Shown here in pieces: positions 16,768 through 27,907 of a DNA stretch of 64,000 nucleotides; the stretch's first letter is position 1, and the number at the start of each line of letters is the position of its first letter. This DNA is from Candidatus Fervidifonticultor secundus. Its GTDB lineage: Bacteria; Sysuimicrobiota; Sysuimicrobiia; Sysuimicrobiales; Humicultoraceae. The translations under genes and the position numbers were made by a program. Location: assembly GCA_031459385.1 (NCBI GenBank), contig JAVKIP010000003.1, positions 133,192-197,191 of the forward strand, given 5' to 3'. The notes beneath the pieces were generated by a model, which was not told the origin of the DNA, ran no database searches, and was given only the letters and a program-made list of their open reading frames with translations.

Positions 16768-17529
16768 ATGCTGCTCGCGCTGGACATCGGCAACACCAAC
16801 GTCAAGCTCGGGGCATTCCGAGGATCGGAGCTACTGGCGACCTGGCGGGTCGCGACCGATGCGCGGCGGACGCCGGATGAGTACGCGGCGCTGGTGGCAG
16901 CGCTGCTGGGCATGCGTGGGATGACCCCGGCGCGGGTGGAGCGGGTGGTGCTGTGCAGTGTCGTGCCGCCGCTCACCGCAGTGTTTCGCGAGGTTGCGCG
17001 CGACGTGTTTGGCGCGGTCCCGCTGGTCGTCGGCGAGAACGTCGAGACCGGGCTGCGCGTGCTCTACGACCCGCCCTCCGACGTCGGGGCCGACCGGCTG
17101 GTGGCGTCGACCGCGGCCTACCGGCGCCTGGGCGGACCGGTGATCGTGGTGGAGTTCGGAACCGCCACGGTGTTCGACGCGGTCTCGGATGCCGGCGAGT
17201 ACCTCGGCGGCGCCATCCACCCTGGCCTCCAGCTGGCGGCTGAGGCCCTGTTCACGGGCACCTCCCAGCTTCGTCGCATCGAGCTGCGTCGGCCGGCGGC
17301 GGCCATCGGCCGCACGACAATTGCCGCGATCCAGTCCGGGGTGGTGCTGGGACACGTCGGCATGGTCGAGGGCATGGTTGCGCGGTTCCGGCGCGAGGTG
17401 GGCGAGCGCGCCCAGGTGGTGGCCACGGGCGGGCTCGCGCGGCTGATCGCCGCAGAGACGCCCGTCTTCGCTGCCGTCGACGAGGACCTGATCCTGCACG
17501 GCCTGCGGCTCATCGCCGAGGCCACCTGA
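16768..17529 (+). CDS. coaX: Type III pantothenate kinase
   Basis: LALDIGNTNVK, VGADR, EFGTATVFD, YLGGAIHPG. Confidence 0.95.
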   Translation: MLLALDIGNTNVKLGAFRGSELLATWRVATDARRTPDEYAALVAALLGMRGMTPARVERVVLCSVVPPLTAVFREVARDVFGAVPLVVGENVETGLRVLYDPPSDVGADRLVASTAAYRRLGGPVIVVEFGTATVFDAVSDAGEYLGGAIHPGLQLAAEALFTGTSQLRRIELRRPAAAIGRTTIAAIQSGVVLGHVGMVEGMVARFRREVGERAQVVATGGLARLIAAETPVFAAVDEDLILHGLRLIAEAT

Positions 17530-17567
17530 CGGCGCCACGGCCGGCGCCGGGACGGGGGACGGCCAGC

Positions 17568-18791
17568 ATGCCCACGGTGCTCCACGGCAAACACATCGTC
17601 CTGGGGGTCACGGGCAGCATCGCGGCTTTCAAAGCCGCCGACCTGGCGAGCAAGCTCACGCAGCACGGCGCAGCTGTGGACGTAGTGCTCACGCCGGACG
17701 CCGCCCGGTTCGTCACGCCGCTCACGTTCCAGGCCCTGACCCATCGCCCGGTCACCACCGACCTCTTCGACCCGCGGGCCGCGATCGCCATGGATCACGT
17801 GGCCCTGGCGCAGCGGGCCGACGTCATCGTCGTCTGCCCGGCGACGGCGCACACGCTGGCACGGCTGGCGCTGGGCCTGGCCGATGACGCGCTGGCGGCC
17901 ACGGTGCTGGCTTCGCGCGCGCCGCTGGTGGTGGTTCCGGCGATGGACGCCCAGATGTTCGACCACCCGGCGGTGCAGGAGCACGTGGCGCGGCTGCACG
18001 CGCGGGGCGCCCGCATCGTCGGCCCCATGGAGGGTCGGCTCGCCTCGGGGCTGGTTGGCCGCGGGCGCATGGCCGAGGTTCCGGAGGTGCTGGGCCACCT
18101 GCGCGCGGTGCTCGGCGCGGCGACCGGGGACCTGCGGGGTACGACGATCGTGGTGACCGCAGGCGGCACGCGAGAGCCGCTGGACCCCGTGCGGGTGCTG
18201 ACCAACCGGTCGTCGGGCAAGATGGGCTACGCGGTGGCCGAGGCGGCCAGGGATCGCGGGGCGCGCGCGATCCTGATCACCGCGCCGACGGCGCTCCCCG
18301 ACCCGCCGGGCGTGGACGTCCGACGGGTGGAGACCGCCCTGGAGATGCGGGAGGCCGTCCTGGCGGCCTGCCGCGATGCCGACGCCCTGGTCATGACCGC
18401 GGCGGTGGCCGACTACCGCCCCGCGGCACCGGCCCCGCAGAAGGTGAAGAAGGGCGCGCCCACCTGGACCGTCGAGCTCGTGGAGACCCCCGACATCCTC
18501 ACCGAGGCCGGCGCGGCCGCGCCGGCGCTGGTCCGGGTGGGCTTTGCCGCCGAGACGACGGACCTGGTGGCGGCCGCCCGCGCCAAACTGGTGCGCAAGG
18601 GGCTCGACCTGATCGCCGCCAACGACGTCTCGGCAGCCGGCAGTGGGTTCGGCGCCGACACGAACCGCCTGGTCCTCATCGATCGCGAGGGGCGGGTCGA
18701 GGACCTGCCCGTGCTCCCCAAGTTCGACGCCGCCTGGATCCTCCTGGACCGCGTCAGGGCCCTGCTGGCGTCTGGGTGGACGCGCCCCTAG
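17568..18791 (+). CDS. coaBC: Bifunctional phosphopantothenoylcysteine decarboxylase/ligase
   Basis: GVTGSIAAFKA, PATAH, PAMD, TAGGTREPLDPVR, NRSSGKMG. Confidence 0.95.
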   Translation: MPTVLHGKHIVLGVTGSIAAFKAADLASKLTQHGAAVDVVLTPDAARFVTPLTFQALTHRPVTTDLFDPRAAIAMDHVALAQRADVIVVCPATAHTLARLALGLADDALAATVLASRAPLVVVPAMDAQMFDHPAVQEHVARLHARGARIVGPMEGRLASGLVGRGRMAEVPEVLGHLRAVLGAATGDLRGTTIVVTAGGTREPLDPVRVLTNRSSGKMGYAVAEAARDRGARAILITAPTALPDPPGVDVRRVETALEMREAVLAACRDADALVMTAAVADYRPAAPAPQKVKKGAPTWTVELVETPDILTEAGAAAPALVRVGFAAETTDLVAAARAKLVRKGLDLIAANDVSAAGSGFGADTNRLVLIDREGRVEDLPVLPKFDAAWILLDRVRALLASGWTRP

Positions 18792-18850
18792 CAGGGAACC
18801 GCCCGCGGCGATGGAATGCACACGTAGCCAGACCCAGGAGGACTCCCGGC

Positions 18851-19468
18851 ATGGCGTTGCGCCTGCTCCCCCGCGAGGAGATCTTCTTCGAGCTGTTCAA
18901 CCAGGCGGCCGACAACGTGCTCGAAGCCGCCCGCAAGCTGCAGGAACTGCTGGACGACTACAGGGACGTCGAGTCCCGTGCGGCCGCGATCAAGGCCCTG
19001 GAGGACCGCGGCGACGAGCTCACCCACACCATCATCGACCGGCTCAACCGCACCTTCGTGGCGCCGCTGGACCGTGAGGACATCTTCGCGCTGGCCAAGC
19101 AGCTGGACGACGTCCTGGACTGGATCGAGGCCTCATCGGCGCGCATGGCCATCTACCACATCGCGCGCGCCACGCCCGAGGCCCGCGAGCTGGGCCACAT
19201 CATCGCCAGCGCCTGCCAGGCCATCGTCGAGGCGATCCGCGATCTCCGCCGGCTCGACCGGGTCGGCGCCACGCTCCGCGAGATCAACCGGCTCGAGAAC
19301 CTGGCCGACCATGTGCAGCGCGATGCCATCGCCAAACTGTTCGCCGCCGGCGGCGACCCCATCGAGATCATCAAGTGGAAAGAGGTCTACGAAACGCTGG
19401 AAGAGGCCACCGACCAGGCCGAGCATGTCGCGCACCTGCTCGAGGGCATGCAGGCCAAGCATCTCTAG
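18851..19468 (+). CDS. DUF47 / PhoU-like Pit accessory protein
   Basis: FFELF, EDRGDELTH, FVAPLDREDI, IIKWKEVYETLE; directly upstream of a Pit transporter. Confidence 0.9.
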   Translation: MALRLLPREEIFFELFNQAADNVLEAARKLQELLDDYRDVESRAAAIKALEDRGDELTHTIIDRLNRTFVAPLDREDIFALAKQLDDVLDWIEASSARMAIYHIARATPEARELGHIIASACQAIVEAIRDLRRLDRVGATLREINRLENLADHVQRDAIAKLFAAGGDPIEIIKWKEVYETLEEATDQAEHVAHLLEGMQAKHL

Positions 19469-19506
19469 GAGGCGCCGCTGGCTGGCCGGCCGTCCCCCCC
19501 TCGCTG

Positions 19507-20502
19507 ATGCCGACCGTCCTCCCCCTGGGGTTGCTGCCCGTCCTGGTGCTGGTGCTGGCCGCCGAGTTCGTCAACGGGTGGACCGACGCGCCCAACGCCA
19601 TCGCCACGGTGGTCTCCACCCGGGTCCTGACGCCGTCAGTGGCGGTCGTCGTCGCCACGGTCCTCAACGTGGTCGGCGTGATGTCGGGCACCGCCGTGGC
19701 CGCCACCATCGGCACGGGGATCGTGCGGGCCGACGTCATCGACCCGGTCACCATCGCGGCGGCCATGACGGCCATCGTCATCTGGAGCACGCTGGCATGG
19801 CTGCGCGGGCTGCCGACCAGCGAGAGCCACGCGCTGGTCGCCTCGCTGGCCGGCGCCGGCCTGGCCACCGCCGGGCCCGCCGCCCTGCTGTGGGACGGCT
19901 GGCGCAAGGTGCTGCTCGGCCTGGGCTTCTCGACCCTGCTGGGCTTCGCCGGCGGCTTCCTGTTGATGCTCACGATCAGCTGGCTGTTCCGGCGCACGCC
20001 GCTGGGAGCGGTCCGCCGGCTGTTCGGGCGGCTGCAGATCCTGTCGGCAGGCTTCATGGCCTTCAGCCACGGCAGCAACGACGGGCAGAAGTTCATGGGG
20101 GTCTTCGTCCTGACGCTGGTGCTGGGGGGTGTGCTGCCGGAGTTCCGGATCCCCTTCTGGGTGATCGTGCTGTGCGCGCTGACCATGGGGCTGGGCACGG
20201 CCCTCGGGGGCTGGCGCATCGTGCACACCATGGGCATGCGGCTGACCAAGCTGGAGCCCTTCCAGGGCTTCTCCGCCGAAACGGCGGCCGCCACGGCCAT
20301 CGAGGCGGCCAGCCGGCTGGGCATTCCGGTCAGCACGACCCACACGATCAACACCGCCATCATGGGGGTCGGGGCGACCCGCCGCCTGTCCGCGGTGCGC
20401 TGGGGCGTGGGTCTGGAGATTGTGACCGCGTGGATCCTCACGTTTCCGGTCTGCGCGCTCGTGGCCGCCGTGGTCGCGCGGTGCCTGCGGGCCGTGTTCT
20501 GA
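19507..20502 (+). CDS. pit: Inorganic phosphate transporter (PiT family)
   Basis: NGWTDAPNAIAT, LPTSESHAL, HGSNDGQK, GIPVSTTH signature motifs. Confidence 0.9.
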   Translation: MPTVLPLGLLPVLVLVLAAEFVNGWTDAPNAIATVVSTRVLTPSVAVVVATVLNVVGVMSGTAVAATIGTGIVRADVIDPVTIAAAMTAIVIWSTLAWLRGLPTSESHALVASLAGAGLATAGPAALLWDGWRKVLLGLGFSTLLGFAGGFLLMLTISWLFRRTPLGAVRRLFGRLQILSAGFMAFSHGSNDGQKFMGVFVLTLVLGGVLPEFRIPFWVIVLCALTMGLGTALGGWRIVHTMGMRLTKLEPFQGFSAETAAATAIEAASRLGIPVSTTHTINTAIMGVGATRRLSAVRWGVGLEIVTAWILTFPVCALVAAVVARCLRAVF

Positions 20503-20527
20503 GCGCCAGAGCGGCGCGCTCGTTTAA

Positions 20528-21661
<1,134 letters not shown>

Positions 21662-21835
21662 CGCCGTACCTCCTGATACTGGCCCGGGAATACCGGGCCG
21701 GGATTGAGCCGGCAGCTGCGCGTGCCCTCCGGTTCTACCCGGCCTGGCGGGAACTCCAACCGCGGACACACGAAACGGGCGATGCCGCCATGTGCACCGC
21801 CCGTTTCTGAAGACGCAACGATGACGACCGCTTCC

Positions 21836-21864
21836 ACTATAACAGGGAACTGGGAACTGCGCAA
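21836..21864 (-). promoter_or_regulatory. Sigma70-type promoter for the DEAD-box helicase
   Basis: TTGCGC-N17-TATAGT on the minus strand. Confidence 0.7.
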
Positions 21865-22095
21865 TGCCTTGGATCGCTGGCTTCCTGGAGTTCTTCCTGA
21901 GCGTGCCGCTCGCAGAACTCCAGCGGGTCAGGATATGGTGCAGCGGGCGCGGCGGGCCCGGCAGCCGCGGGCACAGCCGCTGCTGCCGAGCGTGGGGACC
22001 CCGTGGCCAGGTATCCTAGGACATTGCGGCCATCATACGTATTGTTAGTACATCCCCTGTCCGTTCCAAGGGATTCGGCCGATGATACTGGCAGG

Positions 22096-22620
22096 ATGGA
22101 ACGCGCGGTGCGGCAGCTCATGCGGGTCGGGAACAGCACGGCCGTGACCCTGCCTCCGGGGCGCCTGGCGTTCCTGGGGCTGGACCGCGGGTCGCTCGTG
22201 GAGATCCGGGATGGCCTCGGAGGCCTCCTGGTCCGGCCGGTTGGCCTGTGGGCGCTGCCGGCGGCAAGGGAGTCGGGCCGTGGCAGCGCCCACACCGCTG
22301 CGGCGCTCGCCCAGGACTTTCGGATGGCCCTGACGTCCATCTACGGGCGGCGTCTCCAAACCGTGCACCGGGAACATCCCACCGCCGGAGAAGTGCGGTT
22401 TTGGGTGGTACTCGACCGGATCGACGACTACGCCGCCGAGATTGAGCGGACGGGAGAGCTGGTGGCCACGCTGTCTGTCATCCACGGGCTCACGGTGAGC
22501 CGCGTCTTCGTCCCAGCACAGGCGTGGAGCCGCTGGAAGCGGCGAGTTGGACACCGGATGGAGCCCCTGCAACGTCTCGCCGGCGACGATCGGCGTGCGG
22601 CACGTGGAGAGCACGCGTGA
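22096..22620 (+). CDS. AbrB/MazE DNA-binding domain fused to a degenerate MNT-like nucleotidyltransferase domain
   Basis: RQLMRVGNSTAVTLP...LGLDRGSLV (AbrB); LTSIYGRRL...VVLDRIDDYAAEIERT...LSVIHGLTVSRVF (MNT-like scaffold) without the GS/DxD motif. Confidence 0.65.
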   Translation: MERAVRQLMRVGNSTAVTLPPGRLAFLGLDRGSLVEIRDGLGGLLVRPVGLWALPAARESGRGSAHTAAALAQDFRMALTSIYGRRLQTVHREHPTAGEVRFWVVLDRIDDYAAEIERTGELVATLSVIHGLTVSRVFVPAQAWSRWKRRVGHRMEPLQRLAGDDRRAARGEHA

Positions 22621-23165
22621 GGCGTGACACACAACGACTCCTCGACCGCGCCTGGCGGACGTTCCTGGGAGCGCGCATGGTGGCTCGCCGGGGCAACGGG
22701 GATCTCGTCGCGGTGCTGGCATACCGGGCAATGGAAACCGTCGCCCGGGCGCTGTTGGTCCAGCAGCAGATCTACTGCGGGGCCTCAGACGACGTGCGCG
22801 AGCAGTTCACGCGCCGGCTGGTCGGCGAAGATGCGCGCACCCGGCGATGGCTCCAGTGGATGCTGGACGCGCGCGACATGTGCGCGCAGGCAGAGGTCGA
22901 GGGGGATGCGCCCATCAGCGACGATGCAGCCCGCAGGCTGATCGAACGGGCAGGGACCATGGTGCGCGAGGCCCGCGACGCCCTCTGGCTCGATGCGGCG
23001 CGACGTCGCGGCAGTCTGCTCCTCGATCCGCGCCCGGCTACAGGAGGGGATCCTCCTCTCGAACCTCGACCCGCGCCAGGTCCACCCCTGCTGCCTCCAG
23101 CAACGACCGTGCCAGGGGATCGGGGTAGTCGCCAGCAAACACGACGCGCCGGATCCCGGCGTTGA
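22617..23165 (+). CDS. Degenerate HEPN-domain protein
   Basis: LLDRA...AYRAMETVARALL...VREQF...ISDDAARRLIERA matches the HEPN helical pattern; GTGA coupling to the MNT-like gene. Confidence 0.6.
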   Translation: MRRDTQRLLDRAWRTFLGARMVARRGNGDLVAVLAYRAMETVARALLVQQQIYCGASDDVREQFTRRLVGEDARTRRWLQWMLDARDMCAQAEVEGDAPISDDAARRLIERAGTMVREARDALWLDAARRRGSLLLDPRPATGGDPPLEPRPAPGPPLLPPATTVPGDRGSRQQTRRAGSRR

Positions 23166-23505
23166 GGAGCATCTTGGCACAGGTCAGGCATGGCTGGTGT
23201 GTCACGTAGATGGCGGCGCCGTTGATGCTGACCCCGTGGTAGGCGGCCTGGATCACGCAGTTCATCTCCGCGTGAATGCACAGGCAGGTGTCGTGCCCGG
23301 TACCCGACGGCACCGGGCCGGCGCAGCGGGCGCAGCCTCCATCTCCGCAGTTGGGGACGCCGCGGGGCGTGTCGTTGTACCCCGTGGAGAGCACCATCCG
23401 GTCCTTGACGATGACGGCTCCCACCCGCCGCCGCCGACACGTCGACCGGCTCGAGGCGAGGTGGGCGATTCGCATGAAGTACTCATCCCAGGATGGCCGC
23501 ATCAT
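23038..23505 (-). CDS. dCMP deaminase (ComEB family)
   Basis: RPSWDEYFM, STCRRRRVGAV, TGYND, HAEMN, PCLTC zinc motifs. Confidence 0.92.
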   Translation of the reverse strand: MMRPSWDEYFMRIAHLASSRSTCRRRRVGAVIVKDRMVLSTGYNDTPRGVPNCGDGGCARCAGPVPSGTGHDTCLCIHAEMNCVIQAAYHGVSINGAAIYVTHQPCLTCAKMLLNAGIRRVVFAGDYPDPLARSLLEAAGVDLARVEVREEDPLL

Positions 23506-23546
23506 CGATCCCCCTCCGGCCTCTGCGCAGCCAGCGCGCAACGCCG

Positions 23547-25325
23547 CTACCCGCCCCCAGGGGTTCGCGACGTGGTGCGGCGATTTCCCCGCGGCTCACT
23601 CACCGGAGGCGCGCCGGCCAGCACCTCGAACCCCAGCGCGGCCCCGCGGGCCACGAAGTACTCGATCTCCTCGGTCCGGGTGCGGTCGCCCAGGCTCACG
23701 CGGTCGTATGCCCGCTCGAGCCCGATGATCACCGTCTCGGCCAGACACGCTGGCACCTTGCCCGGGCCGTAGCCGAAGTCGAGCTGCCCTCCCGGGGTCC
23801 CGGGAAGGCGCACGACCCCCCCGGCCACCACCTCGACCCCCTCCACAGCGGCCACGGCCGGATGCACGTCAGGTGGACGTCCCAGGTCGATGAGCAGCGC
23901 GCCAGGCTTCACGTGCTCGGGGTACACCACGGGCGTCGGCTCGGAGGTGGCCGCAAAGATCACGTCGGCATCGCGCAGGGCAGCGTATGCGGTCGTGGCG
24001 TCGACCTGGAGCCCCGGATGCCGCCGCGCCAGCAACTCCCGGGACCGCTCGAGCCGGTCCTGGTGGCGGCCGAGCATCACCAGGCGCCGCACGTGCCCGG
24101 CGACGGCCCGGCAGATGCCGAAGCCGACCACGCCGCTGGCGCCGACCACGGCCGCTGTCACCTCCGCGGGATCGACGCCGCGCAGGCGCAGCCGCTCCAG
24201 TACGAAGGGCACGACCATCTTCACTGTCCCGGCCGTGTAGGCGCCGCCGTTGGTGATGGCGATCGGCGAGCGGGCCTGGACGTCGGTCCCCTTGTTGCCG
24301 ACCACCGACCAGTACGCGCCCAGCCCCAGCACCGTGGCACCGAGGTTGGCGGCCAGCTGTGCCGCCTCCACCGCCCGCCGCACCGCCAGGTCCGGCTCGG
24401 CCTGGATCTGGTCGGGGAACAGCGGCACGCCGATGAGGTAGACGCGCACCCGCCGGCCGTCGGCTGTGACGATCGGGTGCACATCGTCCACCTTCATGGG
24501 CCGCACGTGGCGCGCCAGCAGCCGCAGCGTCCGCTCGGTCACCACGCCGCGCCGGTAGAGCGGCTCGAGCCAGCCGAACCGCCGGGCCTGCCAGAAGTCG
24601 GCCGCCGTCATGGGGTGAATCAGGAACGCGCAGACCGCGTCCTCGCCGGGGCGGCCAGGCAGCGGCAGGCGCTCGTGCACCCGCGGCTCGGTCCCGTCGG
24701 CGATCCTGGCCAGGTGTTCCTTGTAGTTCCAGAGAGTGACCAGCGCGTAGGCCAACGCGCCTGCCACGTAGGGCACCGGCGCACGCGTGAGCGCCAGCAG
24801 TGCGGGTAGGGTGGCGGAGGCCAGCACTGTGGCGAGCGAGAGAAACCCCCACCGACCCCATGCGAACCGGGGGAAGCCCAGCGTTATCGCCGCCACGAGC
24901 GCCGGGATGACCACTGCGGCCCCTGCGATCCCGCCTGCGGCGGCCAGCGCACCCAGCGCGCCGGCGGCGGCGACCACCCCTTTCACCCGCACGCCGGCCG
25001 GTGGCGGCAGGAAGACCTGCGGCGACCGGGCGTGACTGACCAGGAGCACGGCGACCGCCAGCACGAGCCCCCAGCCCCCGACCCCGAGCCACGACGCCAC
25101 GAGCACCGCCAGCGCGCCCTTGGCCAGATCCAGGGCGGCGGCCAGGGCAACCGTGCGGGCGCCGGCCGCCGCCAGGACGCCGTGGAGGCCCAGGTTGTGC
25201 GGCGAGTACCGCCGCACGTCCATGCCCCCCAACCACCGGCCCGCCAGGTACCCGGTGGGGACGGCCCCCAGGACTGCGGCGGCGAGTGCGGCCAGCAACG
25301 TCGCGCCCAGTGGGGACGCCATCAC
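23547..25325 (-). CDS. Fusion of a PlsY-like acyltransferase membrane domain with an acyl-ACP-reductase-like Rossmann domain
   Basis: GAVPTGY...DVRRYSPHNLG, LDLAKG, KGV, LARIADGTEP (PlsY-like); AFLIHP, GLGAYWSVVG, TNGGAYT, VVGASGVVG, DLGRPPDV, ACLAET (AAR-like). Confidence 0.75.
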   Translation of the reverse strand: MMASPLGATLLAALAAAVLGAVPTGYLAGRWLGGMDVRRYSPHNLGLHGVLAAAGARTVALAAALDLAKGALAVLVASWLGVGGWGLVLAVAVLLVSHARSPQVFLPPPAGVRVKGVVAAAGALGALAAAGGIAGAAVVIPALVAAITLGFPRFAWGRWGFLSLATVLASATLPALLALTRAPVPYVAGALAYALVTLWNYKEHLARIADGTEPRVHERLPLPGRPGEDAVCAFLIHPMTAADFWQARRFGWLEPLYRRGVVTERTLRLLARHVRPMKVDDVHPIVTADGRRVRVYLIGVPLFPDQIQAEPDLAVRRAVEAAQLAANLGATVLGLGAYWSVVGNKGTDVQARSPIAITNGGAYTAGTVKMVVPFVLERLRLRGVDPAEVTAAVVGASGVVGFGICRAVAGHVRRLVMLGRHQDRLERSRELLARRHPGLQVDATTAYAALRDADVIFAATSEPTPVVYPEHVKPGALLIDLGRPPDVHPAVAAVEGVEVVAGGVVRLPGTPGGQLDFGYGPGKVPACLAETVIIGLERAYDRVSLGDRTRTEEIEYFVARGAALGFEVLAGAPPVSEPRGNRRTTSRTPGGG

Positions 25326-25350
25326 GCCCGCCCCGTCACACCGCGTCCGG

Positions 25351-25980
25351 CTACTTCGTCCCGAACAGGCGGTCCCCGGCGTCGCCCAGGCCGGGCACGA
25401 TGTAGCCCTTCTCGTTCAGGTGACTGTCCACCGCGGCAGTATAGATGGCCACGTCCGGGTGCGTGCGGTGCACCTTCTCGATGCCCTCGGGAGCGGCGAT
25501 GATCGCCATGACCTGGATGCGGCGACAGCCGGCGCGCTTGAGGGTGTCGATGGCAGCCACGGTGGAGCCCCCGGTCGCCAGCATCGGATCGAGGATCATC
25601 GCCTGGCGCTCGGCGATGTCGGGCGGCAACTTGACGAAGTAGCTCACGGGCTGCAGGGTGTCGTGCTCGCGGTAGATGCCGATGTGCCCCACCCGGGCCG
25701 TGGGCATCAGACGCATGATGCCGTTCTCCATGATGAGCCCTGCCCGCAGGATCGGCACCACGGCGATCTCCTGCCCTGCGATCGACCACCCCGTGGTCCT
25801 CGCCAGCGGCGTCTCGACGTCGACCTCGCGGACCGGGTGGGACCGCGTCGCCTCGAACGCCATGAGCATGGCCAGCTCCTCGGTGAGCTCCCGGAACTCC
25901 TTGTGCCCGGTGCGCCGGTCGCGCAGGATCGTCAGCTTGTGCCTGATGAGCGGGTGGTCGAACACGTGCAGATCGCGCAC
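25351..25980 (-). CDS. upp: Uracil phosphoribosyltransferase
   Basis: [42 protein letters not shown]. Confidence 0.97.
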   Translation of the reverse strand: MRDLHVFDHPLIRHKLTILRDRRTGHKEFRELTEELAMLMAFEATRSHPVREVDVETPLARTTGWSIAGQEIAVVPILRAGLIMENGIMRLMPTARVGHIGIYREHDTLQPVSYFVKLPPDIAERQAMILDPMLATGGSTVAAIDTLKRAGCRRIQVMAIIAAPEGIEKVHRTHPDVAIYTAAVDSHLNEKGYIVPGLGDAGDRLFGTK

Positions 25981-26076
25981 GATGTGCCTCCTCTCGTCGC
26001 GGGCCCGGCAGGCAGGCCGCCGCGGCCCACCGAAGATTCACCATAACACACCCGTACAGCCTCCCGGGAGGCCACC

Positions 26077-27405
26077 ATGGCGCTGGCCGCACAGGACCCT
26101 GAACTCTACACCTGGCTGGAGCGCGAGCGCGCGCGCCAGCGCGACGGCGTCGAGCTGATCCCCTCGGAGAACTACGCGTCGCCGGCGGTGCTGGAGGCGA
26201 TGGGATCGGTCCTCACCAACAAGTACTCGGAGGGCTACCCCGGGCGCCGCTACTACGGCGGCAACGAGGTCGTGGACGAGATCGAGCGGCTCGCCCAGCG
26301 CCGGGCGCAGCAGCTCTTCGGGGTGCCCCACGTCAACGTGCAGCCCTACTCCGGCAGCCCGGCCAACCTGGCCGTCTACCTGGCCACCTGCCAGCCCGGC
26401 GACGTGATCATGGGCCAGAACCTGCCCGACGGCGGCCACCTGACCCACGGGTGGAAGGTGAGCGCCACCGGCATCTTCTACCGCAGCGTGCCCTACCACG
26501 TGCGGCCCGACGGCTACATCGACTTGGAGGAGGTGCGCCAGCTGGCGCAGGCACAGCGGCCGCGGCTGCTCTGGTGCGGGGCGACCGCCTACGTGCGCGA
26601 GTTCCCCTTCGCCGCCCTGGCGGAGGTCGCGAACGAGGTCGGCGCCTACTTCGCCGCCGACATCGCCCACATCGCCGGTCTCGTCGCCGGCGGAGTGCAC
26701 CCGAGCCCGGTGCCCCACGCGCACATCGTGACCACCACCACCCACAAGACGCTGCGCGGCCCGCGTGGGGCGATGATCATGGTGACCGAACGTGGCCTGG
26801 CCAAGGATCCGGAGCTGGCGGAGAAGGTGGATCGGGCGATCTTCCCGGGGCTCCAGGGCGGGCCCCACGACCACACCACCGCGGCCATCGCCGTGGCGCT
26901 GGGCGAGGCGATGCGGCCCGAGTTCCGGGCCTACGCGGCGCAGGTCGTCGCCAACGCCAAGGCCCTGGCCGCGGCCCTGCTGGAGCGCGGCTTCCGGCTG
27001 GTCACCGGCGGCACCGACAACCACATGCTGCTGGTGGACCTGACCCCCGGCGGGGCGGGCCGCGGGGTGTTCCTGCAGGAGGCTCTGGACGCCGTCGGCA
27101 TCACCGTGAACAAGAACACGATCCCCGGCGAGCCGTCCTCGGCATTCTACCCCTCGGGCATCCGCCTGGGCACCCCGGCGGCGACCACCCGCGGGATGCG
27201 CGAGCCGGAGATGGTCCGGCTGGCAGGCTGGATCGCCCGGGTCCACACGCTGATCGAGGGAGCGCAGCTCCCTGCCGATCCCAGGGCCCGCGCGGGCGCG
27301 GTACGGGAGTTCCGGGCGATGCTGGCGGGGCATCCGACGCTGCGCGCCATCCGCGAGGAGGTGCGCGCGTTCTGCCGGCAGTTCCCCGTGCCGGGGATCG
27401 GCTGA
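26077..27405 (+). CDS. glyA: Serine hydroxymethyltransferase
   Basis: LIPSENY, NKYSEGYPGRRYYGG, GGHLTHG, TTTTHKTLRGPRG. Confidence 0.97.
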   Translation: MALAAQDPELYTWLERERARQRDGVELIPSENYASPAVLEAMGSVLTNKYSEGYPGRRYYGGNEVVDEIERLAQRRAQQLFGVPHVNVQPYSGSPANLAVYLATCQPGDVIMGQNLPDGGHLTHGWKVSATGIFYRSVPYHVRPDGYIDLEEVRQLAQAQRPRLLWCGATAYVREFPFAALAEVANEVGAYFAADIAHIAGLVAGGVHPSPVPHAHIVTTTTHKTLRGPRGAMIMVTERGLAKDPELAEKVDRAIFPGLQGGPHDHTTAAIAVALGEAMRPEFRAYAAQVVANAKALAAALLERGFRLVTGGTDNHMLLVDLTPGGAGRGVFLQEALDAVGITVNKNTIPGEPSSAFYPSGIRLGTPAATTRGMREPEMVRLAGWIARVHTLIEGAQLPADPRARAGAVREFRAMLAGHPTLRAIREEVRAFCRQFPVPGIG

Positions 27406-27433
27406 GGTTGCCTCGTGTCGCTTCCCGGGCCCC

Positions 27434-27883
27434 TCAACACCTGCGTTCGCGCTCGTAGCGGTGGATCTTCTCCACCCGCGGAATGTGGCGGCCGCCTTCA
27501 AACGGCGTCGTGAGGAACGTTCGCACGATCTCCTTGGCCACCTCGGACCCGACGATGCGCGCCCCCAGCGCGATCATGTTGGCATCGTTGTGGAACCGCG
27601 CCAGGCGCGCCGTGGTCACGTCGTGCACGACGGCGCAGCGGATACCCCGGACCTTGTTGGCCGCCATCGCCTCGCCGTTCCCCGTGCCCCCGAAGATGAT
27701 GCCACGGTCGGCCTCGCCCCGCGCCACGGCCTCGGCCACGGGAATGCAGAAGTCGGGGTAGTCTACCGGCTCGGCGCTGTTCGTGCCGAGGTCGCGGACC
27801 TCGTGCCCCAGCTCCAGCAGCAGCCGCGCGATGTCGGCCTTGAGGATGACCCCCGCGTGGTCGCCGCCGATTGCGATCCGCAT
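27434..27883 (-). CDS. rpiB: Ribose-5-phosphate isomerase B
   Basis: [36 protein letters not shown]. Confidence 0.93.
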   Translation of the reverse strand: MRIAIGGDHAGVILKADIARLLLELGHEVRDLGTNSAEPVDYPDFCIPVAEAVARGEADRGIIFGGTGNGEAMAANKVRGIRCAVVHDVTTARLARFHNDANMIALGARIVGSEVAKEIVRTFLTTPFEGGRHIPRVEKIHRYERERRC

Positions 27884-27907
27884 CGTCGCTTCACCTCGCC
27901 TGGTCCG

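Noticed and set aside
25981..26076. ZTP or THF riboswitch upstream of glyA
   Set aside because: The region is short, shared with divergent upp, and has no recognisable motif.
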